A stretch of 64,000 nucleotides of DNA from Candidatus Bathyarchaeota archaeon (GCA_005884195.1 VBBP01000053.1:6548-70547), one strand, 5' to 3'; shown: positions 27,103-37,189, counted from the stretch's first letter. Translations and numbers: made by a program. Notes: a model not told the origin generated them from the letters alone.

Positions 27103-28160
27103 TACCAGACGCCGCCTCTTCCGCCAGCTCTGAACGCGGCACTGATGAAATCAAGTATTATGAGCGGTGGGGCAACTAGGCAGGAAATCGAGCTCCTCCA
27201 TCTTGCGCTGGCGGCATCTCGTGCAGCTTTCAAGAGAAAAAGCATGATAATGGCGGAGGCTGGGATCCGGTAGGGAAGGACAAGTCTATCTCGTCTGAGG
27301 AACGTCAGTCTATCGTTACCGAACCTTTCCTGCGCTTGTTTCTTCAACAACTGGAAGCTAGGGTTCTCAACCCGACATGCTTTCAGAAAGCGTTCTATTG
27401 ACAATAGATAGAATATGAAAGCATCGCCTATACGGGCGTTGTCAATTTTCTCTATGACTTCTTGAGAGTCGGCCGTTTCGATCAGCTTCAAGAAGTCCAA
27501 GATGTCTGACAGCTTGAGGAAGTTGTGACGGAACATCGCGTGAATAACTCGTATTAGTACCCTGTCCGAATCCGAGGTCATCCACACAACATGGCCTTCA
27601 ATTGATGTCTTTCTTCGATGAAGGATCACCTGGGTTGGGTCCAGGTGTGTCTCGCCGAGCTGGCTGATCGTTGGGTAAAGCTCGAAGTCGTGCTTGTAGC
27701 CGGGCAGAAAACAGCTAAATTTCCCAAGTAACCTGTCGCAATGAGTCAGTCCTTGGGGCCGGACTCTGTATTCATTCACCAAGATCTTCTCCGCCTCCGC
27801 CAGTTCGGAAGGGGAAGCAACGAGGAGGTCAATGTCGTGTCCAATATCAGGGAGGGAGTCGAACGATTTTATCGCAACGAATGAAATCCCGTGCTTTGCG
27901 AAGACGCCGCTCATACGATCGTAGAGATCAAATGCTTCGTCAACGTCTTTCTTGGCTTCGTCAATGACGCTTGAGGGCAGATGGATTAGGTCAGCCGCTC
28001 GCAAAAGCACTTTGTTCTTCCTGGCCAGCTTCAACATCCGACCTTCATCCCTCACGGTGATCCTGTGACTTCTCAGGAGGGCAGTGGCGAGGAGAAGTGA
28101 CTCGGCCTCTCTCCTGGCAGTTTTCACGCCCCCTATTTCCTCCAGAAATCTCAGCTTCAT
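27102..28160 (-). CDS. Nucleotidyltransferase (NTP_transf_5-like)
   Basis: GISFVAIKS..DIDLLV, FELY, IH...H...KLSD..D. Confidence 0.75.
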   Translation of the reverse strand: MKLRFLEEIGGVKTARREAESLLLATALLRSHRITVRDEGRMLKLARKNKVLLRAADLIHLPSSVIDEAKKDVDEAFDLYDRMSGVFAKHGISFVAIKSFDSLPDIGHDIDLLVASPSELAEAEKILVNEYRVRPQGLTHCDRLLGKFSCFLPGYKHDFELYPTISQLGETHLDPTQVILHRRKTSIEGHVVWMTSDSDRVLIRVIHAMFRHNFLKLSDILDFLKLIETADSQEVIEKIDNARIGDAFIFYLLSIERFLKACRVENPSFQLLKKQAQERFGNDRLTFLRRDRLVLPYRIPASAIIMLFLLKAARDAASARWRSSISCLVAPPLIILDFISAAFRAGGRGGVW

Positions 28161-28510
28161 AGATGTTCAACCCCACGAATTACTAAGAGAGACGCGAAGA
28201 CCATTACTTGTACCATCTGTCGAATTTCATGATCGGCTTGGTCTGAAAAGTTTAGAGCATAGATGGCAGGGAAACCTCCAAGACAAATCACCGAGATCAT
28301 TCTGTACTCCCCTGGACACGGCTTCCTCGAAACTGTTTACGCAACGAATTCTACTCACGGTCGTATTTATCCAATTCCGGCCGTCTATTTCGTGGAAAGC
28401 ATGATGATATCTTCGGATTTCTTTGTCATTACAACGATTGAAAGCGACTATTTTGTCTAGGAAGGGTTAAAACTCGCGAATCGCATGTCCCACGATAAGG
28501 TAGCCGAAGA

Positions 28511-29683
28511 ATGAGCAGAGAAACAGTCCTCACTGCAAATCCCGCTGGCGGGGCCGAAACCGTACCGCAGGCCAAACATGGATTCAAGATTCCGCTGATG
28601 AGGCCCACCGTAGACGAAGAGATGCTCCAAGCGGCTCTCTTCGCTTTGCAAAATGAGAAACTGGTTATGGGAGAGAGTGTGTACAAGTTTGAGGAAGAAT
28701 TCGCCCGATACTGTGGCACTCGATATGCAGTGTCAACCGCCTCTGGTACCGCGGCTCTTCAAATCGCCCTGCAATCAATGGGAATAGAACAACGCGACGA
28801 GGTTGTAACCACCCCGTTCTCATTCTTCGCAACATCTAACGCAGTAATCCATGCAGGCGCCCAGCCACGATTTGCCGATGTAGAAAACGACGGATTCAAC
28901 CTTGATCCTGCGAAGGTGGAGACGAAACTCACAACGGTAACTCGCGCCATCATTCCAGTCCATCTTTACGGACAACCTTCAAGGATGGACGAGTTTCGGG
29001 ACCTTGCCGAGGACAAGGGAATCAGCATCGTTGAAGATGCTTGTCAAGCTCACGGTGCAGAGTACGACGGAAAACGAGTGGGTTCTCTTGGACGCGTAGG
29101 TTGTTTCTCTTTCTACACCAGCAAGAACATGACGGTATGCGGTGACGGCGGCATGATCGTGACCAACGACGAGGAAGTTGCTGATGCTGCTCGCAGCTAC
29201 AGAGACTGCGGCCGAGCGTCGAAATATACAATGTCTCGGATCGGTTACACTTCGAGACTCAACACGGTAAATGCTGCCATCGGAAGAGTCCAGTTGAGAA
29301 AGTTGGACAACTGGAACAATGCTCGGAGAGGAATAGCTAATCTCTACCGAAGAGAACTGGAAGGTGCCCCCGGAATAGAACTACCCCCCTTAGAGACGCC
29401 GAGAGAAACATCGGTATATCACCTGTTCGTGGTTCGGAGTCAACGCCGAGACCAGCTCGCCAAACACCTTGAGATGAACGGAGTAGAAGCAGCCATCCAC
29501 TATCCCGTGCCGATTCATCTTCAGACATCATACAGGACAAACTTCGGGTACTCCGAAGGCTCGTTCCCTATAGCCGAGAGGCTCGCGGGACAAGTCCTCA
29601 GCTTACCTATTCACCCCGCCATAACCGAGGAAGAGGTTAGGACCGTCTCCCGGCTCGTTAGAGAGACTGCAAACTCGGAATAG
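28511..29683 (+). CDS. DegT/DnrJ/EryC1/StrS sugar aminotransferase (WbpE-like)
   Basis: SGTAAL, PVHLYG, EDACQAHG, SFYTSKNM, GDGG. Confidence 0.95.
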   Translation: MSRETVLTANPAGGAETVPQAKHGFKIPLMRPTVDEEMLQAALFALQNEKLVMGESVYKFEEEFARYCGTRYAVSTASGTAALQIALQSMGIEQRDEVVTTPFSFFATSNAVIHAGAQPRFADVENDGFNLDPAKVETKLTTVTRAIIPVHLYGQPSRMDEFRDLAEDKGISIVEDACQAHGAEYDGKRVGSLGRVGCFSFYTSKNMTVCGDGGMIVTNDEEVADAARSYRDCGRASKYTMSRIGYTSRLNTVNAAIGRVQLRKLDNWNNARRGIANLYRRELEGAPGIELPPLETPRETSVYHLFVVRSQRRDQLAKHLEMNGVEAAIHYPVPIHLQTSYRTNFGYSEGSFPIAERLAGQVLSLPIHPAITEEEVRTVSRLVRETANSE

Positions 29684-29697
29684 AAAGGAGCACTAGG

Positions 29698-30708
29698 GTG
29701 AGCATGACGAGTCCTGTCCGAATCGCGGTCATTGGCGCTGGTTACTGGGGAAAGAAGATAATTCGAGAGATCCTGGATGTCGGCCGGTCCACTGGACGGG
29801 TTCAGCTCCGTGCTGTCGTGGATAACTCGCCGACCATGCTAGCCCAGTGCGAAAAAGAATTTGGACCGTCGGATTATCGCGTGGACTACCAGGGATTGCT
29901 AGATGACCCTGAACTGTCGGGAGTGCACATTTGCACCCCCAACTCTACCCACTTCGAAGTCGCCTCTAGTTTCCTAAGACATGGAAAGAACGTGTTGGTT
30001 GAGAAACCTCTGACACTCAACTCGAAGGAGGCCTACCAACTTGTCCGAATAGCGCAAGAGAACAAGAAAGTCCTGTGCGTCGGCCATATTCACAGATTCA
30101 ATAATGGAGTCAGAGAGCTCCGACAGGCCATTAACAGTGGAGTCCTCGGAGAGCTCTATTACTTGCGCTTCGGATGGACGGGCTTTTTGCCTCCTCAAGG
30201 ATACCGCGAAGTCATTACAGATCTAGCTCCTCACCCTTTCGACATATGCAACTATCTCCTAGATATGTGGCCGAACAAGATTACATGCCGAGGAAAAGGG
30301 TATAGGACCAAGGAGAACGAGGAAGTTGCGTTCATTACCGCTGAGCACCCGGGAGGATTGGCGGCTCAAGTGGAGGTAAGCTGGTTGGATCGGGAAAAGC
30401 GTCGAGACGTTACAGTAGTCGGCGACAAGGGGATGGCATACCTAGACTGCTCGGAGCAGAAAGGGGTCCTCCACGCCTCGAACAGTACCCAAATCTCCAT
30501 CATGCCCAGCAACACAATTAGAGATGAAGTTGCGCACTTCGTCGATTGCATCTCAGGCAACCTGAACTCCAACCCCTTCTCCAACCTCTCAGACGGGATG
30601 CTAGGAGCCCGGGTCGTCAGCGTCCTAGAAGCTGCACGGGAATCTCTCCGTCAGGAAAGGACCGTGGACGTCAAGATGCCCCTGGCTGAGGAGATACCTG
30701 CAAAGTGA
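29698..30708 (+). CDS. Gfo/Idh/MocA oxidoreductase (WbpB-like)
   Basis: GAGYWG, TPNSTH, VEKP, DLAPH. Confidence 0.92.
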   Translation: MSMTSPVRIAVIGAGYWGKKIIREILDVGRSTGRVQLRAVVDNSPTMLAQCEKEFGPSDYRVDYQGLLDDPELSGVHICTPNSTHFEVASSFLRHGKNVLVEKPLTLNSKEAYQLVRIAQENKKVLCVGHIHRFNNGVRELRQAINSGVLGELYYLRFGWTGFLPPQGYREVITDLAPHPFDICNYLLDMWPNKITCRGKGYRTKENEEVAFITAEHPGGLAAQVEVSWLDREKRRDVTVVGDKGMAYLDCSEQKGVLHASNSTQISIMPSNTIRDEVAHFVDCISGNLNSNPFSNLSDGMLGARVVSVLEAARESLRQERTVDVKMPLAEEIPAK

Positions 30709-31214
30709 GGAGACGCCCAAAATACTCCATTCTCAAGAAATCAAAACTCGCCCAGTCATCCCGAATTTATGACCAAGTAAACCTCTACGGCTGCACGATC
30801 GGAAAGAACACCAAGATAGACGCGTTCGTCTACGTAGAGGAAGGCGTAACGATTGGCGACAACTGCAAGATTAGGCCATTTGTCTTCATCCCGACTGGAG
30901 TAACCATAGAAGACAACGTGTTCGTGGGGCCGAGCGTCACCTTCACAAACGACAAGTACCCGAAAGCCCATGGCGAATGGAAACTCCTCGAGACACGAGT
31001 TAAGAAGTTCGCATCGATCGGTGCCGGAAGCGTAATCAATCCCGGGGTAACAATTGGTGAAAACGCGCTCATCGGCTCGGGCTCAGTTGTAACCAGAGAC
31101 ATACCGGACAACGCTATCGCGTTCGGGAACCCTGCGCGAGTTGTCAACAGAAAGGTACCTCTTCACGTTACATCAACGAGGCCGAGGAACACGAGAGGCT
31201 CCTTGCAGAGTTGA
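30705..31214 (+). CDS. Hexapeptide-repeat N-acetyltransferase (WbpD-like)
   Basis: Left-handed beta-helix repeats, FTNDKYP, GNPAR. Confidence 0.92.
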   Translation: MRRRPKYSILKKSKLAQSSRIYDQVNLYGCTIGKNTKIDAFVYVEEGVTIGDNCKIRPFVFIPTGVTIEDNVFVGPSVTFTNDKYPKAHGEWKLLETRVKKFASIGAGSVINPGVTIGENALIGSGSVVTRDIPDNAIAFGNPARVVNRKVPLHVTSTRPRNTRGSLQS

Positions 31215-31939
31215 AGACGATAGCCATAATCCCCGTCTACGGGGAATCGGACGCGATTGGCACCGTTCTTGAACGGTTCGAACCCGGCTACGTCGATGAA
31301 ATATGCGTCGTCGCAGACAAGCCGGGCGTTGTCACACTAGGAGCGATTGAAGAAGCGGGCGGGCGAATACGAGTTCCGATCAAGACCATTCAGAACCCTG
31401 TCCGGAATGGAATCGGCTTCGCGATACGTCAAGGATACAAGTATGCGCTCGAAAACAGATTTGAACTCATTGTCATCATGGCAGGAAATAGCAAGGATGA
31501 CCCGCGCGAAATCCCTCGGTTAACGACTCCTATCTTGGAAGAGGGATACGATTACGTTCAGGGCTCCCGGTTTCTCTCAGGCGGCCGGCGAGAGAAGAAC
31601 CCATTCTTGAGAAGTATTTTCACTCGGGTGTTCCCCTATGTGTGGTCCTTCATGACAGGGGTCCGGTGCACCGAGGTAACCAACGGATTCAGAGCGTACA
31701 AAGCCTCAATCGTAGAGGATTCGCGCATCAACGTATGGCAGAGCTGGCTTGACAATTACGAGCTTGAATACTACCTGCACTACAAAGTCCTCACGTTAGG
31801 CTACAAGTTCACCGAGAGACCCGTCTCAAAAGATTATTCGGCAATGAAAGACAAGAAGTATTCCCATATCTCGCCGTCCAAAGACTGGTGGCAGATCGTA
31901 GGGCCACTATTCCTACTCAGACTAGGAGTCAAAAAGTAA
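31211..31939 (+). CDS. Glycosyltransferase family 2 (Dol-P-sugar-synthase-like)
   Basis: IPVYGE, N.GIG.AI..G, VQGSRF, TNGFRAY; DxD replaced by AGN. Confidence 0.88.
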   Translation: MKTIAIIPVYGESDAIGTVLERFEPGYVDEICVVADKPGVVTLGAIEEAGGRIRVPIKTIQNPVRNGIGFAIRQGYKYALENRFELIVIMAGNSKDDPREIPRLTTPILEEGYDYVQGSRFLSGGRREKNPFLRSIFTRVFPYVWSFMTGVRCTEVTNGFRAYKASIVEDSRINVWQSWLDNYELEYYLHYKVLTLGYKFTERPVSKDYSAMKDKKYSHISPSKDWWQIVGPLFLLRLGVKK

Positions 31940-31940
31940 G

Positions 31941-33524
31941 TTGAACGAGAAATTCGTCCCAATCGTTCTTGCTGGGAACAATGATCATGACTTATCCATT
32001 TTGAGGGAGTACGCCGAATTCTGGAAGGTGCCTTACACTCTCGGAAATCAGTTGGGTGGAATACCCGTCCTCGTCACTTCTAGCCTGTCGAAGGCGGTTG
32101 ACATGCGAGAAGCCGGTCCGGTGATCATTTCGCCGACAGGAATCGAAGGCGCGAAAGAGATCGCTCGTCAATTCGGGCTGAACGTTTCCATCGACGAGGC
32201 ACTGGTTCGCTTGCCAGTTGCGCCTGGCGTTTCCGTGTCAATGCAAACCAAACTTTACCGATTCTCGGGGCCTAACCTTGAGCCCGTGTTGACAGATGGG
32301 GAAACCACCATCCTCTACAAGATGGGTGGATCAAGGATCCATGTTCTCTCATTGGACCTCGTCTCGAACTACCAGCAGCTATTGTACGATAAGATGGACG
32401 AGAACCCGAGCTGGAGATTCCGTCTACTAACGAGGATGCCCTTCTCCTATAGAGCAGTCCCTTCCAGCATCAGAAACAAGTTCTTCAAAGCGAAAGAAAG
32501 CATTACCGGGCTAAGAGAAGAGGCTCTTGGCCCTGTTGAATGTCTAAGGTCAATATTCCTTGCAGCCCTAGTAATCGCTTCCGGGAATACGATTCCGACA
32601 ATTAGCTTCTGGAGACGAGGCAAATGCTACGCGCTGGCAGTCAGCCATGATGTAGAAACCCGAGTCGGACTTGAAGACGGCGCTGGCCGGCTCGTTGAGG
32701 TTGAAGGAGAGTTGGGAATGCGATCAACATGGAACATACCGAGCGATCGCTACCCGTTGTCCTCACAGCTGTTGATTGCGCTCGCAGAGACCGGTGAAGT
32801 TGGGGGACATGACACGAAGCATGATGGCCGATTGCTCTTCGCGAGCGTCAGAGACAAGGTTGACAGGGTTAGACGTTGCAGGGAGCGGCTTGAGCTTCTT
32901 TCAAGAAAGGTGGTTCGAGGGTTCAGGGCCCCGCTCCTTCAACATGGTCGACAACTTGTGGAGGCGCTTGGAAAGGCGGGATACGAATACGATTCATCAA
33001 TGCCCAGCTGGGAGCCATTGTCGCCCACGTCGCTGCAGCCCCATGGGGTTGGAACTGTTTTCCCATTCCTAGTATCTGGTCTTGTCGAGATTCCAGTATC
33101 GATGCCGCAAGACCACCAGCTCATTAGAGTAGGAGGGTTGAGCCTTGAAAAGGCCGTTGACCAACTCATCGAGGTTTCGAGATGGATCAAGAAGATTGGC
33201 GGGGCGTGTGTTCTCCTCGTACACCCGGATTATGAGTTCGGTCAAGAGAGTGGCCGAGACGAATATCGTCGTCTTCTAGAGGCGTTTAGCTCGGACCCCA
33301 CCTGCGATGTCATGACCCTCGGGGAAATGGCCAGATGGTGGAGCTATCGACAGGAGTCAGCCATTGATGCTACGGGAACGATTCGCGCGAGTTCAGGCGA
33401 GAGCAAAGATGGAGTTGGGGAGCTTGATCTTGAGTTTGTCACCGGTTACGGCTCGGAGGGGTTCAAGGTGGAACGCCTAGGCGATACCGGTGTGATCGAG
33501 ATACCAAGGGGCTCGGGGAGATAG
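31941..33524 (+). CDS. Polysaccharide deacetylase family protein
   Basis: SHDVE, GGHD..HDG, GFRAP, YDSS, LVHP. Confidence 0.82.
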   Translation: MNEKFVPIVLAGNNDHDLSILREYAEFWKVPYTLGNQLGGIPVLVTSSLSKAVDMREAGPVIISPTGIEGAKEIARQFGLNVSIDEALVRLPVAPGVSVSMQTKLYRFSGPNLEPVLTDGETTILYKMGGSRIHVLSLDLVSNYQQLLYDKMDENPSWRFRLLTRMPFSYRAVPSSIRNKFFKAKESITGLREEALGPVECLRSIFLAALVIASGNTIPTISFWRRGKCYALAVSHDVETRVGLEDGAGRLVEVEGELGMRSTWNIPSDRYPLSSQLLIALAETGEVGGHDTKHDGRLLFASVRDKVDRVRRCRERLELLSRKVVRGFRAPLLQHGRQLVEALGKAGYEYDSSMPSWEPLSPTSLQPHGVGTVFPFLVSGLVEIPVSMPQDHQLIRVGGLSLEKAVDQLIEVSRWIKKIGGACVLLVHPDYEFGQESGRDEYRRLLEAFSSDPTCDVMTLGEMARWWSYRQESAIDATGTIRASSGESKDGVGELDLEFVTGYGSEGFKVERLGDTGVIEIPRGSGR

Positions 33525-33538
33525 GTCGTGGTGTCCAA

Positions 33539-34780
33539 GTGACCTTCCTCGTATCTGTTTTGGAAGTACTGTACTATGCGACGATAAGCATCGTCATCAT
33601 CGTTTACACCCTTTGTCTTGCCTTGCTGCTCAGGAGTTCTCCAAGACCCCCCCTCAGAAGAATTAGCCAGCTTGTCCCGACTGTTTCCCTCGTTATTCCC
33701 ACCTATAACGAGGCTTCAGTGATCCGCCAGAAGCTCGAAAACGTTCTCCAGCTTGACTATCCAAGAGATAAGCTTGAGGTGCTGGTGGTTGACAGCGCGT
33801 CCAGCGATGAAACCCGAAGCATCGTCAACAGATTTGCAGAGGAGCATCGGCGCGCGATCAATCTGGCTCTGATAGGACAGCCAGTCCGGCGCGGCAAGGG
33901 TGAGGCGATAAACGAGGCCTTGCGCAGTATCCGATCCGAAATGCTCGTTCTCACTGATGCCGACGTCTCCTTCCCATCTGACTCGTTGTTGAAGTTGGTC
34001 CAGAATTTCGAGGGATCTGAGATCGGAGCTGTCTCCGGTGTGGAAGTCCCAGTCGGAGGAAAGTCATTTCTGACTGGCATCGAGGCGGACTACCGGCGGA
34101 TATATACAGCTATAAGGTTGGCTGAGGCCGAAACTGATACTCCTTTCATGTGCGAGAGTGAACTGTCCGCGTACAGGAGAGAGATTCTGGACCCGTTGCG
34201 TCCAGGGACCGTTTGTGATGACGTGGAACTCACCGTTTGTATCAGATCAAAGGGTTTCAAGGCCATCTATGCTCCGGAAGTCTCGTTTTTTGAGACAGAA
34301 GCCGGCGATCTTAGGCCCAAGCTTCAGCACAAACTGAGGAGAGGAATGAACAATCAGCATGCTCTCCTCCAGAACTCGAAGGTTTTGTTTAACAGGAAAT
34401 TTGGCAAATACGGTACATTGGTCTTCCCCTTCGAATTCTTCGTCCACATAGTTTCACCTGTACTATTGACCGTCTCATTGTTCTTCCTTCTTGTTCTCGG
34501 GATTTTTTCGCCTGTCTCTGCTTTGTTCGCTCTTCTTGTTAGTGCGATATTGTCTCTGCCGGCTATTGCGACCATGCATTCCTTGGTCAACCGTTATCAT
34601 GAAAGCGATGTTGCGTTGCTTCACGGTACGGGGTCGTGGATCTTCGGGGCAACGGCGTTCTTGGGCTTCCAGCTTGTCTTACTGGTTGGTTTGTTGAAGC
34701 TCGGTTTCAAGGGTCCCCAGCTGAACTGGCAACAGGTCCCTGGGACCAGGGTCCCTATCGCTGTCGAAGCGTCGAGGTAG
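33539..34780 (+). CDS. Membrane glycosyltransferase family 2
   Basis: IPTYNE, LDYP, DSASSD, GK..AIN, TDAD, DD; N- and C-terminal TMs. Confidence 0.92.
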   Translation: MTFLVSVLEVLYYATISIVIIVYTLCLALLLRSSPRPPLRRISQLVPTVSLVIPTYNEASVIRQKLENVLQLDYPRDKLEVLVVDSASSDETRSIVNRFAEEHRRAINLALIGQPVRRGKGEAINEALRSIRSEMLVLTDADVSFPSDSLLKLVQNFEGSEIGAVSGVEVPVGGKSFLTGIEADYRRIYTAIRLAEAETDTPFMCESELSAYRREILDPLRPGTVCDDVELTVCIRSKGFKAIYAPEVSFFETEAGDLRPKLQHKLRRGMNNQHALLQNSKVLFNRKFGKYGTLVFPFEFFVHIVSPVLLTVSLFFLLVLGIFSPVSALFALLVSAILSLPAIATMHSLVNRYHESDVALLHGTGSWIFGATAFLGFQLVLLVGLLKLGFKGPQLNWQQVPGTRVPIAVEASR

Positions 34781-34785
34781 GCGTC

Positions 34786-35556
34786 GTGCGAACCACCGGA
34801 AACCACGGAAAGAGCCCTGCTCGGGCTCGCAGACGCGGGCTATTGGTCGCTTTCTCGGGAGTAGATGGTAGCGGTAAGTCGACCCAGGTTGCTCTGCTCG
34901 AGGAGCGCTTCCAGAAAATCAATGTGGGTGTCCTGAGGATTCGAAGCCGCTGGCGGCCGGTTTTGTCTCTACCCTTGCTAATGATCATGAGAAGGTTGGG
35001 ATACGCGAGAGTGCATCGGGCAGGCGGAGTCTACATAGTCGAGACGCGGTTGCCGAGCAGAGGTGGTCTGACTTCTCTCTGGTGCGTCCTCACACAGGTC
35101 GAGAATATTGTAAAGACCGGTGTGAAGCTTGTTTTTCCGCTCCTCCTAGGCCGGACGGTAATATGTGACAGGTATGCGCTGGACATGTTAGTGGATGGAA
35201 TGGCCGGGCTGCACGATGCGCCAGGTCACACTAGACTCGGGTTCCAGCTTCTGCATCTGCTTCCCAAGCCGAACTTCGCATTTTTCATGGACATTGACCC
35301 TGAAGTTGCGTTCAAGAGAAAGCCGGATCTTCCAGGCTTGGAGGATTATGTTGAAAGGCTTCGGCTCTATCGGGACCTGAGTTCCAGCTGGGGCGTTACC
35401 ATTGTCAACGCTCGAGTCTCTGCCGACACGATTCATCGGAAGGTATGGAAAACTATCGCCCCAAGTCTTGTACCAAGCGAGCTAGTAGCTTCTCCTGAGG
35501 GAACCGTAGGACCGATAGCCTGCACCCAGGTCCGCCAAGAAAACATAAACGGTTAG
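34786..35556 (+). CDS. Second thymidylate-kinase-fold P-loop kinase
   Basis: SGVDGSGKST, DRYALD, PKPN, RKPD. Start placed at GTG 34786, just after the GT2 stop. Confidence 0.8.
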   Translation: MRTTGNHGKSPARARRRGLLVAFSGVDGSGKSTQVALLEERFQKINVGVLRIRSRWRPVLSLPLLMIMRRLGYARVHRAGGVYIVETRLPSRGGLTSLWCVLTQVENIVKTGVKLVFPLLLGRTVICDRYALDMLVDGMAGLHDAPGHTRLGFQLLHLLPKPNFAFFMDIDPEVAFKRKPDLPGLEDYVERLRLYRDLSSSWGVTIVNARVSADTIHRKVWKTIAPSLVPSELVASPEGTVGPIACTQVRQENING

Positions 35557-36057
35557 GATGATGATGTTATTCGACGCTTGGAAATACGGGCCCAATCCCA
35601 ACAGTACTCCTACCGCTATTGATATGACGATGCTCAGAAAGATACTGAGAGCGATTTTCTCCAGAGCATTCAGTTGGTCCTCGGGAAAGACAATCAAGAC
35701 CGTAAGGAACCCTGGGATAATGCCGAGTATTCCTAGACCAAACAGGTTTCTCAGAAACAGAGCAGCTCCTGCTTGGGCATTAGACATGACGAGATAGACC
35801 TCGGACAACGCTACGATGATTGCAAGATAGAACCACCAAGCGTTCCAGGCGTCAAGGAGATATTCCCTAAACGAACCGGGGTGTTTGATCCCCAGTGTGA
35901 TGGTCCCATCAGACTGCAGTTGTTTGACCAACTGCAGAAGTCTCTCATCACTGACGTTGATATTTTCGTCCTTCAAGAATCTCTTGAGAGAGGCAAGACT
36001 GGAGGGATGATTCCTTTTGACAACGTCGATAAGTTCTTCTATGGTTAGTTCAGGCAA
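35482..36057 (-). CDS. DUF1616-like membrane protein with N-terminal helical domain
   Basis: R..FGL....IIPGF....VFP...L..LEKIALSIFLS. Start placed at TTG 36057 to avoid overlap with the divergent gene. Confidence 0.7.
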   Translation of the reverse strand: MPELTIEELIDVVKRNHPSSLASLKRFLKDENINVSDERLLQLVKQLQSDGTITLGIKHPGSFREYLLDAWNAWWFYLAIIVALSEVYLVMSNAQAGAALFLRNLFGLGILGIIPGFLTVLIVFPEDQLNALEKIALSIFLSIVISIAVGVLLGLGPYFQASNNIIILTVYVFLADLGAGYRSYGSLRRSY

Positions 36058-36102
36058 ATCCCTAAAGCCTATCCTCTGCCAGTGAAGCTCCGAGACCCAG
36101 AT

Positions 36103-36567
36103 ATGCGCTTCCGTATAGCGGCCCTTCTGGGGATTATCACGCTTTGTATCTCCCCCCTCTCGATAGATAGACAAGAGGCATACGGACAGTCTACACAAGT
36201 CGATAGTGCTCGCGCGGCTCTCGTCCAAGCTTTCGTGTCAGTTCAAGAAGCCGATCTGGAAGGCGCGTCTCCAGCCCAGATTTCCCAGCTCGCCGACAAT
36301 CTCAACCTAGCACTCTCCTATGAAGAAAATGCGACCAGGCTTGGGTCCAACTTCTATGCTAACCAGTCGTTGAAACTGTCCAATTCCGCATCGCTCGAAG
36401 CTCAAAGCGTCGCTAACGCTGCACGGGCACAAACCGTCTTTGACCAAGGCTCAGCATATTCCCTATCTGTGGTGGCTGGTTTCGGTTCCGCGCTCTTGGT
36501 CCTGGAGTTTCACCGCCTAAACGACATTGCGCGCAAAATAAGGGTGCGGCGGATTCGTCTAGAGTGA
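36103..36567 (+). CDS. Secreted/anchored helical protein
   Basis: Signal-like N-terminus, AF..V.EA...GA...L...LN.AL pattern, C-terminal TM. Confidence 0.7.
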   Translation: MRFRIAALLGIITLCISPLSIDRQEAYGQSTQVDSARAALVQAFVSVQEADLEGASPAQISQLADNLNLALSYEENATRLGSNFYANQSLKLSNSASLEAQSVANAARAQTVFDQGSAYSLSVVAGFGSALLVLEFHRLNDIARKIRVRRIRLE

Positions 36568-36571
36568 TGTC

Positions 36572-37177
36572 TTGAACATGGTACCACGAAGGGTCATAGT
36601 GTTCATACTTCTGTCCGCAAGTTTTAGTGTAGTCTACAGCTCCATCGCTTATTATACGCTCAGCAAGCCTCCTGCCCAAGAGTTCATGGCTTGGGGGGTT
36701 TTTTCTCCCGGCGGGAGTCTTTCGAATTATTTCTCGGGAAGTGAGGCGAACGTCACGGTCGGCAAGTCCCTGAGCTGGCACTTTGCCGTAACCAATCGAA
36801 TGGGATCGATTCAGTATGTGCAAATCGTCTACAGGCTAGGCAACAGCACTAGTGCCAGCCCTAATGCAACCGTTTCCGGGGACGCTGTCCCTCAACTCGG
36901 CAACAGTTCAATCTTCATTCCAAACGCGCAGACTGCTCTCATGAATTTCACTTGGAGCATTGCTTCAAGGATTTCTCGTGGCGGATTGATATTCCTCAAC
37001 ATGGCAATCAATGGGAAACAGGTGATCACATCTGTAGGGGCGGTTGGCGGCCAGAGGTTCAGATTCTTCTTTGAACTCTGGATCTTTGACGTAGCATCGA
37101 ACTCGTTCCAATACGGCTACAAAGTCCAGAATTCGAGGGTTGGAGTCCCTCTTCAAGTCTGGTTCAATTCTCTTTGA
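36572..37177 (+). CDS. DUF1616 C-terminal-like extracellular beta domain protein
   Basis: N-terminal TM, QEFMAWGV..G.LSNY, V.NRMG..QY, FELW, LQVWFN; many N-x-S/T sequons. Confidence 0.7.
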   Translation: MNMVPRRVIVFILLSASFSVVYSSIAYYTLSKPPAQEFMAWGVFSPGGSLSNYFSGSEANVTVGKSLSWHFAVTNRMGSIQYVQIVYRLGNSTSASPNATVSGDAVPQLGNSSIFIPNAQTALMNFTWSIASRISRGGLIFLNMAINGKQVITSVGAVGGQRFRFFFELWIFDVASNSFQYGYKVQNSRVGVPLQVWFNSL

Positions 37178-37189
37178 AACTTTCCGTTG

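Noticed and set aside
26458-28160. Lasso-peptide tailoring or toxin-antitoxin pair
   Set aside because: No lasso cyclase, peptidase, precursor or HEPN partner; the context is glycan biosynthesis.
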